64,000 nt of DNA from Lachnospiraceae bacterium UBA3732 (GTDB lineage Bacteria > Bacillota > Clostridia > Lachnospirales > Lachnospiraceae): NCBI GenBank assembly GCA_002372545.1, contig DFHD01000045.1, positions 6,169 through 70,168 on the forward strand, written 5' to 3'. The notes under the pieces were generated by a model. That model searched no databases. It was given only the letters and a program-made list of their open reading frames with translations, and was not told where the DNA came from. A program made the translations under genes and the position numbers. Below are positions 39,877 through 49,890 of this stretch, in pieces; position 1 is the stretch's first letter; each line of letters opens with the position of its first letter.

Positions 39877-40251
39877 ATGAGGGTTGGAAGATTGGAGCGT
39901 GAAGTGTTAAAGGAAGAGAATGAACTGAATCTGAGCCGTGACGAAGGAATGTCAGCCGGCGGTGAGCAAACAGCCTCCTGCGCAGCCGGAGATGGTGCAG
40001 CCGGCGGTGAAAAAACAGCCTCCGGCGAAGCCGGAGATGGTGCAGCCTGCGGTGAGGTCAGGGTCACGAGGCCGCTCAGGGCGAGGGTAATGGCCTGGAT
40101 CCTGCTGGGTGTGATCTTTCTTCTCCTGGCGGGCTTTATCATCTGCCTTATTACCGGCAGCCGGTATATGTACGGCATGCTGTTTCTGCTGATCTTCGTA
40201 CCGGTTTTCTTTTATCTTATGCTTTGGATCAAAAAGGTATTCAGCAGATAG
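39877..40251 (+). CDS. Small two-TM membrane protein with repeat-expanded N-terminus (start uncertain)
   Basis: Two hydrophobic helices at the C-terminus; 45-bp tandem duplication at 39953-40056. Confidence 0.6.
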   Translation: MRVGRLEREVLKEENELNLSRDEGMSAGGEQTASCAAGDGAAGGEKTASGEAGDGAACGEVRVTRPLRARVMAWILLGVIFLLLAGFIICLITGSRYMYGMLFLLIFVPVFFYLMLWIKKVFSR

Positions 40252-40374
40252 GCAGTTAGCAATATTTACCAAAAACATATATGCTTTATTGGTAAATTTG
40301 TTAAAAATACGAGCAAAAAGTATGTTACATTGTCTTATGACAAGGAAATCATTAAACCTGAAGGAGTAGTAGAG

Positions 40375-41790
40375 ATGAAGAAGAAAAAGATGATCGTATC
40401 CGTTGTTGTTCTTCTTGTGCTGGCGGCTGCCGCAGCTCTTTATTTCATTGTATTTCGGAAGAAGAATGAGGACGCGGGAAACGGAAAGACTGCCTATGTG
40501 GAAAAGGTCAGCACTCTGACTGACACAGGCATTGGCGGGCAGAGCCGTTACATGGGTATTGTGGAATCCCAGGCGACCAAAGGCGTGGAGAAGGATTCGA
40601 CAAAGAAGATCAAAGAGCGTTTTGTTGAGATCGACGATAAGGTTAAGGAGGGCGATCCTCTTTTTGCGTACGATACAGAGGATATACAGCTGGAGCTTCA
40701 GCAGATGGAGCTTGAGCTGAATAATATGCGGACCGGCCTGAATTCTGATGGTGCGGCTCTGCAGGATCTTCGGAACCAGAAGGCAGAGGCACAGAACGAG
40801 GATGACAGGCTGATCATCACAGCGAATATCAATACACTCGTTGCCCAGATCAACCAGTCAAACTATGATCTTGAGGTTAAGCAGATGGAATATGACCGGA
40901 AAAAGGCCTCGCTGGACAACAACATCGTGTATTCTCCCATGAACGGCGTGATCAAGGCCATTAACGAGACCATTGATGCAGGCGGACAGCCTGATCAGAA
41001 CACAAATGGCCAGAATAATGCATATATCACCATCATGGAGGAGGGGGATTTCCGCGTAAAGGGCACAGTGAATGAGGAGGCTCTCAATTCCCTGAATACT
41101 GGTGTGCCGGTTTATATCATTTCCCGTACGGATGAAAACAAATACTGGACCGGAACCATTGATAAGATCAACCTGGAGCCGGCTTCCAATGAGGAAAACG
41201 GCGGATCTTTCGGAATGGGAGGCGGAGGAGAAAAATCCTCAAAATACAACTTCTATGTAACGCCGGATGACTCCGAAGGACTGGTTCTCGGACAGCATCT
41301 TTATATCGAGCTGAATCTCGGTCAGCCGGTCGGCGAGAAGGTGGAGGGGGAATTAAAGCTCCCCGACTACTACATTGTAGAAGAAGGCGATGATAAGTAT
41401 GTCTGGAAGAAAAACAGCAAGGATCGTCTGGTAAAGCAGAAGCTGACACTGGGTGAATATGATGAGATGAGCGGCTCATATACGGTTGAGGACGGCCTTA
41501 CGCTGGATGATTTTATTGCCTACCCCGATCCGGACTTCGTAGAAGGAATGAAGGCCACATCCAACTATGATGAATGGATGGAACAGCAGGGGGAAAACAC
41601 GGAACAGGAAGGCGAAGACGGCCTTGGTGAAGACGGCTTTGATCCCGAATATCCCGATGACGGAGAGGGTATGGACGGATTAGAAGGGACAGATGATTTC
41701 GAGGGCGGCGACGGTGAAGGCGAACTTCCGGAAGGCGATCCGGGTGACGGCCAGGGGCTGATCGATGAACCCGTTACCGTAGAAGAATAG
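40375..41790 (+). CDS. Efflux periplasmic adaptor (MFP/HlyD-like) subunit 1
   Basis: N-terminal TM, V..GD.LF.YD lipoyl-like motif, coiled coil, YSPMNGVI, acidic tail. Confidence 0.85.
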   Translation: MKKKKMIVSVVVLLVLAAAAALYFIVFRKKNEDAGNGKTAYVEKVSTLTDTGIGGQSRYMGIVESQATKGVEKDSTKKIKERFVEIDDKVKEGDPLFAYDTEDIQLELQQMELELNNMRTGLNSDGAALQDLRNQKAEAQNEDDRLIITANINTLVAQINQSNYDLEVKQMEYDRKKASLDNNIVYSPMNGVIKAINETIDAGGQPDQNTNGQNNAYITIMEEGDFRVKGTVNEEALNSLNTGVPVYIISRTDENKYWTGTIDKINLEPASNEENGGSFGMGGGGEKSSKYNFYVTPDDSEGLVLGQHLYIELNLGQPVGEKVEGELKLPDYYIVEEGDDKYVWKKNSKDRLVKQKLTLGEYDEMSGSYTVEDGLTLDDFIAYPDPDFVEGMKATSNYDEWMEQQGENTEQEGEDGLGEDGFDPEYPDDGEGMDGLEGTDDFEGGDGEGELPEGDPGDGQGLIDEPVTVEE

Positions 41791-41803
41791 GAGGACCGGA
41801 AGA

Positions 41804-42505
41804 ATGCTTCTGCAGCTGACAGATATTATCAAAACCTATCAGCAGGGTACAGAGGATGTGCCGGTACTGAAATCTGTTTCTCTTTCTGTTGAGGATGGAG
41901 AGTATGTTGCCATCATGGGCCCATCGGGAAGCGGTAAATCCACACTGATGAATATAATCGGTGCGTTGGATACGCCGACCTCCGGTGAGTACCTGCTGAA
42001 TGATGAAAAAATAGACGGAATGAAGGATAAAAAGCTTTCCGAGATCCGGAATAAATATATCGGCTTTGTATTCCAGAATTTCAACCTTCTGCCCAGGCAG
42101 TCCGCACTGCAGAATGTGGAGCTGCCCCTGCAGTATGCCCATGTTCCGCGCGGCGAAAGGAGACCTCTTTGCGAAAAGGCATTGCAGAGAGTCGGACTGG
42201 GCGAACGTATGACCTTCAGACCCACCCAGCTTTCCGGTGGACAGAAACAGCGTGTGGCGATTGCCAGAGCCATTGTCAATAAGCCAAAGCTCCTTCTTGC
42301 CGATGAGCCTACCGGTGCATTGGATTCCAAATCCGGCGAGCAGGTCATGAAGCTTTTTAAGGAACTGAATGAAGAGGGCGTAACGATCGTTATGATCACC
42401 CACGCCCGTGAGATCGCTCTGCAGGCAAACCGGATGCTGACCATTTTCGATGGTGAGATCACAGGCGATATCCGCAGGGATGCCGAAGGGAGGTGGCCGG
42501 AATGA
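41804..42505 (+). CDS. MacB/LolD-type ABC transporter ATP-binding protein
   Basis: GPSGSGKST, LSGGQKQRVAIARA, ADEPTGALD, ITH. Confidence 0.95.
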   Translation: MLLQLTDIIKTYQQGTEDVPVLKSVSLSVEDGEYVAIMGPSGSGKSTLMNIIGALDTPTSGEYLLNDEKIDGMKDKKLSEIRNKYIGFVFQNFNLLPRQSALQNVELPLQYAHVPRGERRPLCEKALQRVGLGERMTFRPTQLSGGQKQRVAIARAIVNKPKLLLADEPTGALDSKSGEQVMKLFKELNEEGVTIVMITHAREIALQANRMLTIFDGEITGDIRRDAEGRWPE

Positions 42506-43866
42506 AAAAACGGATCATTGCCATCCTGATCGTTCTGCTCGTGATCGGTCTCGGCGGCTTTTTCGGTATCCGTGCCTACAGAAAGCATAAGATGAACGCA
42601 AACCCGGTGAAAGCGGTTTCGGTAGAGGTGTTCAGCAGCTTTTACAGTATGGGACCGGATTCCAAAAGCTATGACGGAAATGTTGTCGTCAATAACCAGC
42701 AGAACGTGCGGATCCCCGAGCAGAATGTCGTGAACGAACTGAAGGTTTCGGAGGGAATGGTCGTACATCCCGGGGATGTGCTGCTGACCTACGATATGAC
42801 CTCGGCAAATCTTGAACTGGAAATGATGAATGCCCAGCTGTTTCAGTACCAGGCAAATCTGACCGTCCGGCAGCATGAGCTTGATAAGCTGAAGGCTACC
42901 GTTCCGCTGGAGGATCTTCCGCCGGAGCCTCAGCCGCAGCCGGAGCCTGAGCCGCAGCCGGATAAAGATAATAATAGCGGAACTGCATCTCCCACGGATG
43001 CGCAGCAGGAAACGGAAAAACCGAAGGAGGAGCCCCAGCCGGAGCAGCCGACTGAAAATCCGGGAACGCCCGGAGAAGGAGCGCCGGATGAAGGAGCGCC
43101 GGAGCCGGAGCCTGTTCCGACAAGAGCGGAGCTGACAGCGGCTATCCGGGATAAGGAAAAGCAGATCAATACTGCCTATTATCAGGTGGAAATGCAGAAG
43201 CTGAATATCCAGAAGAAGGAGCTGAAGCTCGCACAGGGTGAAGTCAGAGCGACAATTACCGGTGTGGTACAGAAGGCTGATGTTTCCGAGGAAGCCCGGG
43301 CATCCGGCGAACCCTGCATTGTTGTTACGGCCCAGCAGGCAGTTACTGTACAGATTCATGTAGATGAGATGGAAGTAAAGAAGATGAAGCTGGGAACAGA
43401 GGCGCAGATCTTCTCTTATGATAATTCCTATTACTACTCAGGCTCCATAACGGAGATCGGAATGGAACCGGATCCGAATTACTATGGCTACGCGGAATAT
43501 GAAACATCATGGTATCCGATCACGATATCGGTTGACCAGGATGATCCGGAACAGCCGGTATTAAAGAACGGCGACTGGCTGAGTGTTACGATTTCCTCAG
43601 GCGTTGAAGAGGACCAGGAAGAGGAAAAACTGATCACCATCCCCACTTTCATGGTGAATGAAGAGGATGGAAGATCCTTTGTCATGAAGGATGTCAACGG
43701 TCATCTCGCTCGTCAGTACGTTTCTACAGGCAAATCCTACTACGGTTCTTTTGTGGAGATCAGGTCCGGGCTAAGCATGACGGACTACATTGCCTTCCCG
43801 TATTCGGAGAATGCGGTGGAGGGAAAGGCCTGCGTACGGACTGACGATATTCAATCAATAAAATAA
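42502..43866 (+). CDS. Efflux periplasmic adaptor (MFP-like) subunit 2 with Pro/Glu-rich insertion
   Basis: TM, V..GDVLLTYD, VRATITGVV, EIRSGLS..DYIAFPY; ATGA overlap with the ATPase gene. Confidence 0.82.
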   Translation: MKKRIIAILIVLLVIGLGGFFGIRAYRKHKMNANPVKAVSVEVFSSFYSMGPDSKSYDGNVVVNNQQNVRIPEQNVVNELKVSEGMVVHPGDVLLTYDMTSANLELEMMNAQLFQYQANLTVRQHELDKLKATVPLEDLPPEPQPQPEPEPQPDKDNNSGTASPTDAQQETEKPKEEPQPEQPTENPGTPGEGAPDEGAPEPEPVPTRAELTAAIRDKEKQINTAYYQVEMQKLNIQKKELKLAQGEVRATITGVVQKADVSEEARASGEPCIVVTAQQAVTVQIHVDEMEVKKMKLGTEAQIFSYDNSYYYSGSITEIGMEPDPNYYGYAEYETSWYPITISVDQDDPEQPVLKNGDWLSVTISSGVEEDQEEEKLITIPTFMVNEEDGRSFVMKDVNGHLARQYVSTGKSYYGSFVEIRSGLSMTDYIAFPYSENAVEGKACVRTDDIQSIK

Positions 43867-43879
43867 CGAGGAGAGCATC

Positions 43880-45163
43880 ATGATCGAAAATATCAGATTA
43901 TCCTTTCAGGGTATTTTTTCACATAAAATGCGTTCCTTCCTGACCATGCTGGGTATCATCATCGGTATTGCCGCCATTATTGCCATTGTTTCCACCATTA
44001 AGGGAACAAATGACCAGATTAAGGAAAACCTGGTCGGCTCGGGGAATAACATCGTTAAGGTCAATCTTTCCATGAACGGGTATGTTGTTACCCCCAGCGA
44101 ATATATGGAGGGCATGGCCGGTGTGCCGGTCATAGATGACAGCGTGCTGAGAAAGATGGAGGAAGATAAAAGCATCAAGAAGGCTGTTAAGTACCATCAG
44201 GCGGTCAGCTATCAGGGAGTCAATTACAAGAATAATTCGCTGAACGGCGTAAACATGATCGGGGCGCGGAATGATTACATTGAAATCTTTTCTTATGAGC
44301 TGACCAGAGGAAGAAAATTTGTCGACAGGGACTTTACACAGTTCAGAAATGTGGTCATTCTGGACTCTGCAGCAGTCAGTACACTGTTTCAGGGGGAAGA
44401 CCCCATTGATAAGACAATAGAAGTGAAGGGTATTCCCTTCGTTGTGGTAGGTGTTGTCTCCAAGGGGGATTCCTTCCGTCCTGTTGTCGAAACAGTTGAA
44501 GACTGGTATACCTATTACGGTGAGAGTAATTCCGGTATGATCATCTTTCCGGATACCTGCTGGCAGGAAATCTACCAGTACGATGAACCTTATCAGGTTG
44601 TGATCAAGGCTTCCTCTACGGAGGCGATGACCAAGGCGGGAAAGGCGGCTGAGGATATCCTGAACGCCGAATTTAAAACGCCCAGAGGCGGAATGAACGC
44701 CGAAGGCGAAGAGACCATTAAATATAAGAGCGAGGATACGCTGGAGAAGGCAAAGGAGCTGCAGAGACTGAAGAGCTCCACCAGCCAGCAGCTAATCTGG
44801 ATTGCCAGCATATCGCTGATCGTCGGCGGTATCGGTGTTATGAATATCATGCTGGTATCCGTAACAGAGCGTACCCGCGAGATTGGCCTGAAAAAGGCGT
44901 TGGGCGCCAGAAGAAGAACAATTCTCGGTCAGTTCCTGACTGAGGCATCGGTTCTTACCTCCATCGGCGGCATCATCGGTGTGGGCGCTGGTATCGGCCT
45001 TGCTTACTTTATTTCCAAGGTTGCGGATGTGCCTGTTGCCATCAGTGCACCGGCCATCATTATTTCCGTAATCTTTTCGATGGTGATCGGAATCATCTTC
45101 GGACTGATCCCGTCGATCAAGGCTTCCAATCTGAATCCCATCGATGCCCTTCGCTATGAATAG
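43880..45163 (+). CDS. MacB/FtsX-family ABC permease
   Basis: RSFLTMLGIIIG, VGGIGVMNIMLVSVTERTREIG, QFLTE, PIDALRYE. Confidence 0.95.
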   Translation: MIENIRLSFQGIFSHKMRSFLTMLGIIIGIAAIIAIVSTIKGTNDQIKENLVGSGNNIVKVNLSMNGYVVTPSEYMEGMAGVPVIDDSVLRKMEEDKSIKKAVKYHQAVSYQGVNYKNNSLNGVNMIGARNDYIEIFSYELTRGRKFVDRDFTQFRNVVILDSAAVSTLFQGEDPIDKTIEVKGIPFVVVGVVSKGDSFRPVVETVEDWYTYYGESNSGMIIFPDTCWQEIYQYDEPYQVVIKASSTEAMTKAGKAAEDILNAEFKTPRGGMNAEGEETIKYKSEDTLEKAKELQRLKSSTSQQLIWIASISLIVGGIGVMNIMLVSVTERTREIGLKKALGARRRTILGQFLTEASVLTSIGGIIGVGAGIGLAYFISKVADVPVAISAPAIIISVIFSMVIGIIFGLIPSIKASNLNPIDALRYE

Positions 45164-45425
45164 ATGCGAATGGTTATGATGCTTATGAACTAGATACGAT
45201 CAGGTATGAAGAAAACAGGTATGATTTAAACAGGTCTGTCTTGCAATTTGCAGGGAATCCTGTTATGATGTGACCTGTGGTCCGATGATAACAGGAAAAC
45301 TTCATGCCGGATCGGATCATAGAATAAAACGGGTATTGCCGGGTAAGGCTGCTTTAAAAACATGAGGGATGTCCCGAATGTCCCTGCAGCACCGGCAGTG
45401 CAGTGATAAAGAATGGGAGAATACG

Positions 45426-45935
45426 ATGAGCTTACTGAAGGATTGGCGCGACCATGCCTACGGATTGGATGACAGAACACCGGAAGGAAAAAAATTCTGG
45501 CTGGATTATTTCCAGTTTGAAAAGGGAGTATATGAGAAAATCCTGGAGGAACCGGAAAAGGTGATCACCGGAACGGTGAAATCTCTTGCGGAAACCTACG
45601 GAACAGATATTGAGACGATGACCGGTTTCCTGGACGGAATCAATGACAGTCTGAAGGAACCCAATGATCTGGATAATATGGAGGAGGATACGCCTCTCTC
45701 TTTGGAAATCGTTCCGGAGACTCTTTACCGGAATATGGTTGACTGCAGTGCAGAATGGCTGTACACCCTTCCCCAGTGGGATAAGATCTTCGATAAGGAA
45801 AAGCAGAAGGAGCTTTACCGGATCGAAAAGGCATCTCATACAGTCAGAAGACAGGCGCCGAAGATCGGCAGAAATGATCCCTGTCCCTGCGGCTCCGGGA
45901 AAAAGTATAAAAAGTGTTGCGGAGCAAATGCTTAG
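45426..45935 (+). CDS. SEC-C metal-binding domain protein
   Basis: C-terminal [21 protein letters not shown]; RBS gggag. Confidence 0.9.
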   Translation: MSLLKDWRDHAYGLDDRTPEGKKFWLDYFQFEKGVYEKILEEPEKVITGTVKSLAETYGTDIETMTGFLDGINDSLKEPNDLDNMEEDTPLSLEIVPETLYRNMVDCSAEWLYTLPQWDKIFDKEKQKELYRIEKASHTVRRQAPKIGRNDPCPCGSGKKYKKCCGANA

Positions 45936-45942
45936 AGCTTAC

Positions 45943-45968
45943 GGACGGCGCTTATGCGCCGTCCTTTT
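45943..45968 (+). terminator. Rho-independent terminator
   Basis: ggacggcgc-ttat-gcgccgtcc-tttt. Confidence 0.8.
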
Positions 45969-46049
45969 CTGCGATTAATCCTTGATTTCAAAATCGCAGA
46001 ACATTTATTATGATAAATCAAGGCGCGAAAGTAATCGCTTCGCAGGAGA

Positions 46050-47918
46050 ATGGAAGTAAGGCGGGAGAAGAATATGCAGCTGAGTGAGGAACAGGAGGCG
46101 TGCTGTGACTGGTTTCGCGGTCCGCTTCTCTGTCTGGGAACGCCCGGAGCAGGGAAGACAACGGTGATCGTGAACCGGGTCATGCGCCTTACGGAAAAAT
46201 ATCATATTCCGGAAAAGGAAATCCTGGTCATCACCTTCACCAGAGCCGCTGCGAAGGAGATGGAAACCAGGTATATCCGGATGTCCGGAAAAAAGCAGAC
46301 CGGCGTAAGATTTTCCACTTTTCATTCTTTTTTTTACTGGATCCTGCGGACGGCTTATCCGAAGGGGAAGGAATTAAAGGTCCTTCCCCAGAATGAAGCG
46401 AAGCTCATGATGATGCAGATTCTGAAGGAAATCCTGATGGAGGAGGGAGATCAGGGTGAGCTTGCGGACAGTGTGCTCCGGCAGCTTGACCGGATCTCGG
46501 CGGACGGTATTGCTTTGGAAAACTATTACAGCACGGATATCGGTGAGACGGAATTCCGTCAGGCGGCATGGCGCTTTGCGGAAGAAAAAGGACGGCGCGG
46601 GACTGTGGATTTTAACGATATGTCCGGTGAGGCGCTCAGACTGCTTCGCGAGGTGCCCGAGATCAGAAGCCGGCTGCAGGAGTTATATCCCTTTATTCTC
46701 GTGGATGAGTATCAGGATACCAACCGTGTGCAGTATCAGGCTCTGAAGCTGCTTCTCGGAGAGGAAAAGAACCTGTTTGCGGTAGGCGATGATGACCAGT
46801 CGGTATACGGTTTCCGGGGCGGCCGGCCGGAGATCATGCTGTCCTTTAAAAAGGATTTTCCGGATGGAAAGATCATGGCGCTTTCAAGGAATTTCCGCTG
46901 CCCCGGCAAGGTGACGCTGTTATCCGACGGGCTGATCCGGCATAACCGGAAACGTTATCCGAAGTCTCTTGTGGCGGCTTCGGGAACAAAGGGAACTGTC
47001 CGCTGTATACACGTCCGGGACAGAAGACAGGAAACAGACCAGCTGATCAAAGAAATCCTCCGCGCGGTGGAAGGGGGCGTGCCCTACCGGGAGATTGCCG
47101 TCCTCACCCGGACCAATAAAGGGGCAGAGGGACTCATCTTTCAGCTGGATGCTTATGATATCCCCTTTTATCTGAAGGAAAGACCGGTTACCTTCTTTTC
47201 CGGCATTGCTGTGCGGCCGGTGATCGCCTTTCTGCGGTGGCTTTCCGGAGACCACAGCCGGAAGAATTTCATGCTCTTCATGAACCGTCCGGTCCGGTAT
47301 ATCCCCAGAAAGGTGCTGACGGACGAGATCGTGAATCTCAGGGCGCTGTATTGGACGGTACAGGATACGCCATATCTTGCGGAGAATGTGGAGGAGCTGA
47401 TCCGGGATTTGGAGGCGGCGCGGCCGCTCACCCCCAATGCAGCTGTCACCTATTTCCGCACGGTTATGGGGTACGATGAATATCTGCAGACACTTGCCCG
47501 TGACAGAAATCTGTATTATGATGAGATGAGCGACCGGCTGGAGGATCTGCTGGCCTTTACGGCAGATACACCGGATTACCCCTCGTTTTTTGATAAAATG
47601 AGCCGGATGGAACAGCTGATGCGGGAGCATGGAGAGGAAAACCGCGACGCAGTGCAGCTGATGACGATGCACGGAGCCAAAGGTCTGGAATTTGACGAGG
47701 TACATATTCCGGACCTCTATGAAGGCTCTATTCCCTACAGAAGGGCAAAAAGCCCGGATGAAGTGGAAGAGGAACGCAGGCTTCTGTATGTGGGGATGAC
47801 GAGAACGAAGAAGACCTTGCATTTATATGTACCGGATTACGTAAGAGATAAACCCTCGGAACCCTCGCGGTTTCTGAGAGAATTGGAGGAAACAGCAAAT
47901 GGAAGTAAGATCTCTTGA
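46050..47918 (+). CDS. UvrD/PcrA-family SF1 DNA helicase
   Basis: PGAGKT, ITFTRAAA, TFHS, VDEYQD, VGDDDQSVYGFRG, TMHGAKGLEF, EERRLLYVGMTR. Confidence 0.93.
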   Translation: MEVRREKNMQLSEEQEACCDWFRGPLLCLGTPGAGKTTVIVNRVMRLTEKYHIPEKEILVITFTRAAAKEMETRYIRMSGKKQTGVRFSTFHSFFYWILRTAYPKGKELKVLPQNEAKLMMMQILKEILMEEGDQGELADSVLRQLDRISADGIALENYYSTDIGETEFRQAAWRFAEEKGRRGTVDFNDMSGEALRLLREVPEIRSRLQELYPFILVDEYQDTNRVQYQALKLLLGEEKNLFAVGDDDQSVYGFRGGRPEIMLSFKKDFPDGKIMALSRNFRCPGKVTLLSDGLIRHNRKRYPKSLVAASGTKGTVRCIHVRDRRQETDQLIKEILRAVEGGVPYREIAVLTRTNKGAEGLIFQLDAYDIPFYLKERPVTFFSGIAVRPVIAFLRWLSGDHSRKNFMLFMNRPVRYIPRKVLTDEIVNLRALYWTVQDTPYLAENVEELIRDLEAARPLTPNAAVTYFRTVMGYDEYLQTLARDRNLYYDEMSDRLEDLLAFTADTPDYPSFFDKMSRMEQLMREHGEENRDAVQLMTMHGAKGLEFDEVHIPDLYEGSIPYRRAKSPDEVEEERRLLYVGMTRTKKTLHLYVPDYVRDKPSEPSRFLRELEETANGSKIS

Positions 47919-48177
47919 GGAGATCCGAAAGGATATTGACCGTGTAGACAGTATAATCAAAAAGGCTTTTCTGGAACGGATGTCTTATTCCCGGGAGGTT
48001 GCGCTCTGGAAAAAGGGAAAAAATGCGCCGGTATATCAGCCTGACCGGGAGAAGGCGCTGATCGAGAGACTGACAGAGGATGTGGATCCGGCTTACAGGG
48101 CGGATTATGAGGCGCTGATCCGGGAAATCCTTAAGCTGAGCCGTGGTCTGCAGGAAAGAATACTGGAGGAGGAATGA
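47899..48177 (+). CDS. Chorismate mutase (AroQ type)
   Basis: LEEIRKDIDRVD, ER, K, QPDRE, SR..Q. Confidence 0.88.
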   Translation: MEVRSLEEIRKDIDRVDSIIKKAFLERMSYSREVALWKKGKNAPVYQPDREKALIERLTEDVDPAYRADYEALIREILKLSRGLQERILEEE

Positions 48178-49889
48178 AGCTTTTTTTTCAATACATGAAG
48201 CATTATAAGGTGCCTTCTGTTCTGGCGCCCCTGTTCAAAATGCTGGAGGCTGTTTTTGAGCTTCTGGTTCCTCTTGTTGTGGCAAGGATGATCGACCGCG
48301 GCATCCAGACGGGCAACAGGCCTGAGCTGATCAAAAACGGGATCATTCTCCTTATCCTGGCCATCGTGGGCCTTATGTTTTCTGTTACGGCCCAGTATTT
48401 TGCCGCCTATTCCGCCATGCATTCCGGTAAGGAGATCCGGGCAAGGCTCTTTTCCCATATTCAGCAGTTTTCCCACAGTGATCTGGACCGTGCGGGGACC
48501 TCAACGCTGATCACGCGGATGACCAGCGATGTTACCCAGGTACAGTCCGGAATTAATATGATGCTGCGTCTTTTTCTCCGTTCCCCCTTTATTGTTCTGG
48601 GGGCGGTGATCATGGCTTTTGTCGTAGATGTGAGAGCTGCGATGATCTTTGTTGTCGTGCTTCCCGTCCTTTCGCTGATCGTATTCTATATTGTATTTCA
48701 TACCGTTCCGATGTACAGGGACGCCCAGAAAAAGCTGGATAAGCTGACGCTTCTTTCCAAGGAGGGGATATCCGGTGCCAGAGTGATCCGGGCCTTTCAT
48801 CGGGAGGAAAAGGAATATGCGGATTTTTCCGCCGAGACGGAGGAGCTTTTCCTGATACAGAGAAAAGTGGGCCGTCTTTCCATGCTGATGAATCCGGTTT
48901 CGCTGGTGATCATTAATCTCGGTATCGCAGCCATTATCTATTACGGCGGTCTCCGGGTCCGTGTGGGAACCCTCACCCGCGGCGATGTGGTTGCGCTGAC
49001 CAATTATATGTCCCAGATTCTGGTGGAGCTGGTGAAGTTTGCCAATCTCATTGTGATCGTCAGCAAGGCTGCCGCATCGGCAAAGCGGGTTGAAGAGATC
49101 ATGAATATCAGGCCGTCCATGGAGTGGAAGAACGAGGGGCCTGTGATCCGTAAGGATGCTCCCGTGATCAGCTTCCGTGATGCGGAGCTGACCTATTCCG
49201 GAGATGCGGAGCCCTCGCTTTCCGGTATCAGCCTTTCTCTTAAATCCGGTGAAACGCTGGGCATTATCGGAGGTACAGGCTCGGGAAAGTCTACGCTTGT
49301 CAGTCTGATCCCCAGGTTTTATGATGTGACAGCGGGAGAGGTCCTGCTTTACGGTGTCAATATAAAGGATTATCCGAAGGAAAGCCTGAGAAGGCGGATC
49401 GGTCTTGTTCCCCAGAAGGCGGTTCTTTTCGGGGGCACGATCAAGGATAATCTTCTGGAAGCAAGGGATGACGCGACCGAAGAGGAAATGTGGGAGGCGC
49501 TCGAAGACGCCCAGGCCGGCTTTGTGCATGATCTGGACGGCGGCCTTTCTTATACGCTTTCACGGGGAGGCAGCAACCTTTCCGGCGGTCAGAGACAGCG
49601 TCTTACCATTGCGAGAGCCCTGATCCGCCGGCCGGAGATCCTGATCCTGGACGACAGTGCATCCGCACTGGACTTTGCTACAGACGCCGCACTCAGAAAA
49701 TCGCTGAAAAAGCATGAGTCTGAGCGCGTGACGATACTGGTTTCCCAAAGGGTTTCTGCTATCCGGAATGCAGACCGGATACTCGTTCTGGATAACGGCA
49801 GGCCCGCCGGACTCGGCAGCCACGCGGAGCTTCTGCGGAATTCGGAGCTTTACCGGGAAATCGTGGAATCTCAGGAAAAGGAGGCGTAG
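48174..49889 (+). CDS. Heterodimeric ABC exporter subunit A (degenerate site)
   Basis: TMD+NBD; GGTGSGKS, LSGGQRQR, DDSASALD, VSQR. Confidence 0.93.
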   Translation: MKLFFQYMKHYKVPSVLAPLFKMLEAVFELLVPLVVARMIDRGIQTGNRPELIKNGIILLILAIVGLMFSVTAQYFAAYSAMHSGKEIRARLFSHIQQFSHSDLDRAGTSTLITRMTSDVTQVQSGINMMLRLFLRSPFIVLGAVIMAFVVDVRAAMIFVVVLPVLSLIVFYIVFHTVPMYRDAQKKLDKLTLLSKEGISGARVIRAFHREEKEYADFSAETEELFLIQRKVGRLSMLMNPVSLVIINLGIAAIIYYGGLRVRVGTLTRGDVVALTNYMSQILVELVKFANLIVIVSKAAASAKRVEEIMNIRPSMEWKNEGPVIRKDAPVISFRDAELTYSGDAEPSLSGISLSLKSGETLGIIGGTGSGKSTLVSLIPRFYDVTAGEVLLYGVNIKDYPKESLRRRIGLVPQKAVLFGGTIKDNLLEARDDATEEEMWEALEDAQAGFVHDLDGGLSYTLSRGGSNLSGGQRQRLTIARALIRRPEILILDDSASALDFATDAALRKSLKKHESERVTILVSQRVSAIRNADRILVLDNGRPAGLGSHAELLRNSELYREIVESQEKEA

Positions 49890-49890
49890 G

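Noticed and set aside
45997-46012. LexA/SOS box before the helicase (agaacatttatta)
   Set aside because: Only the GAAC half matches GAAC-N4-GTTC.
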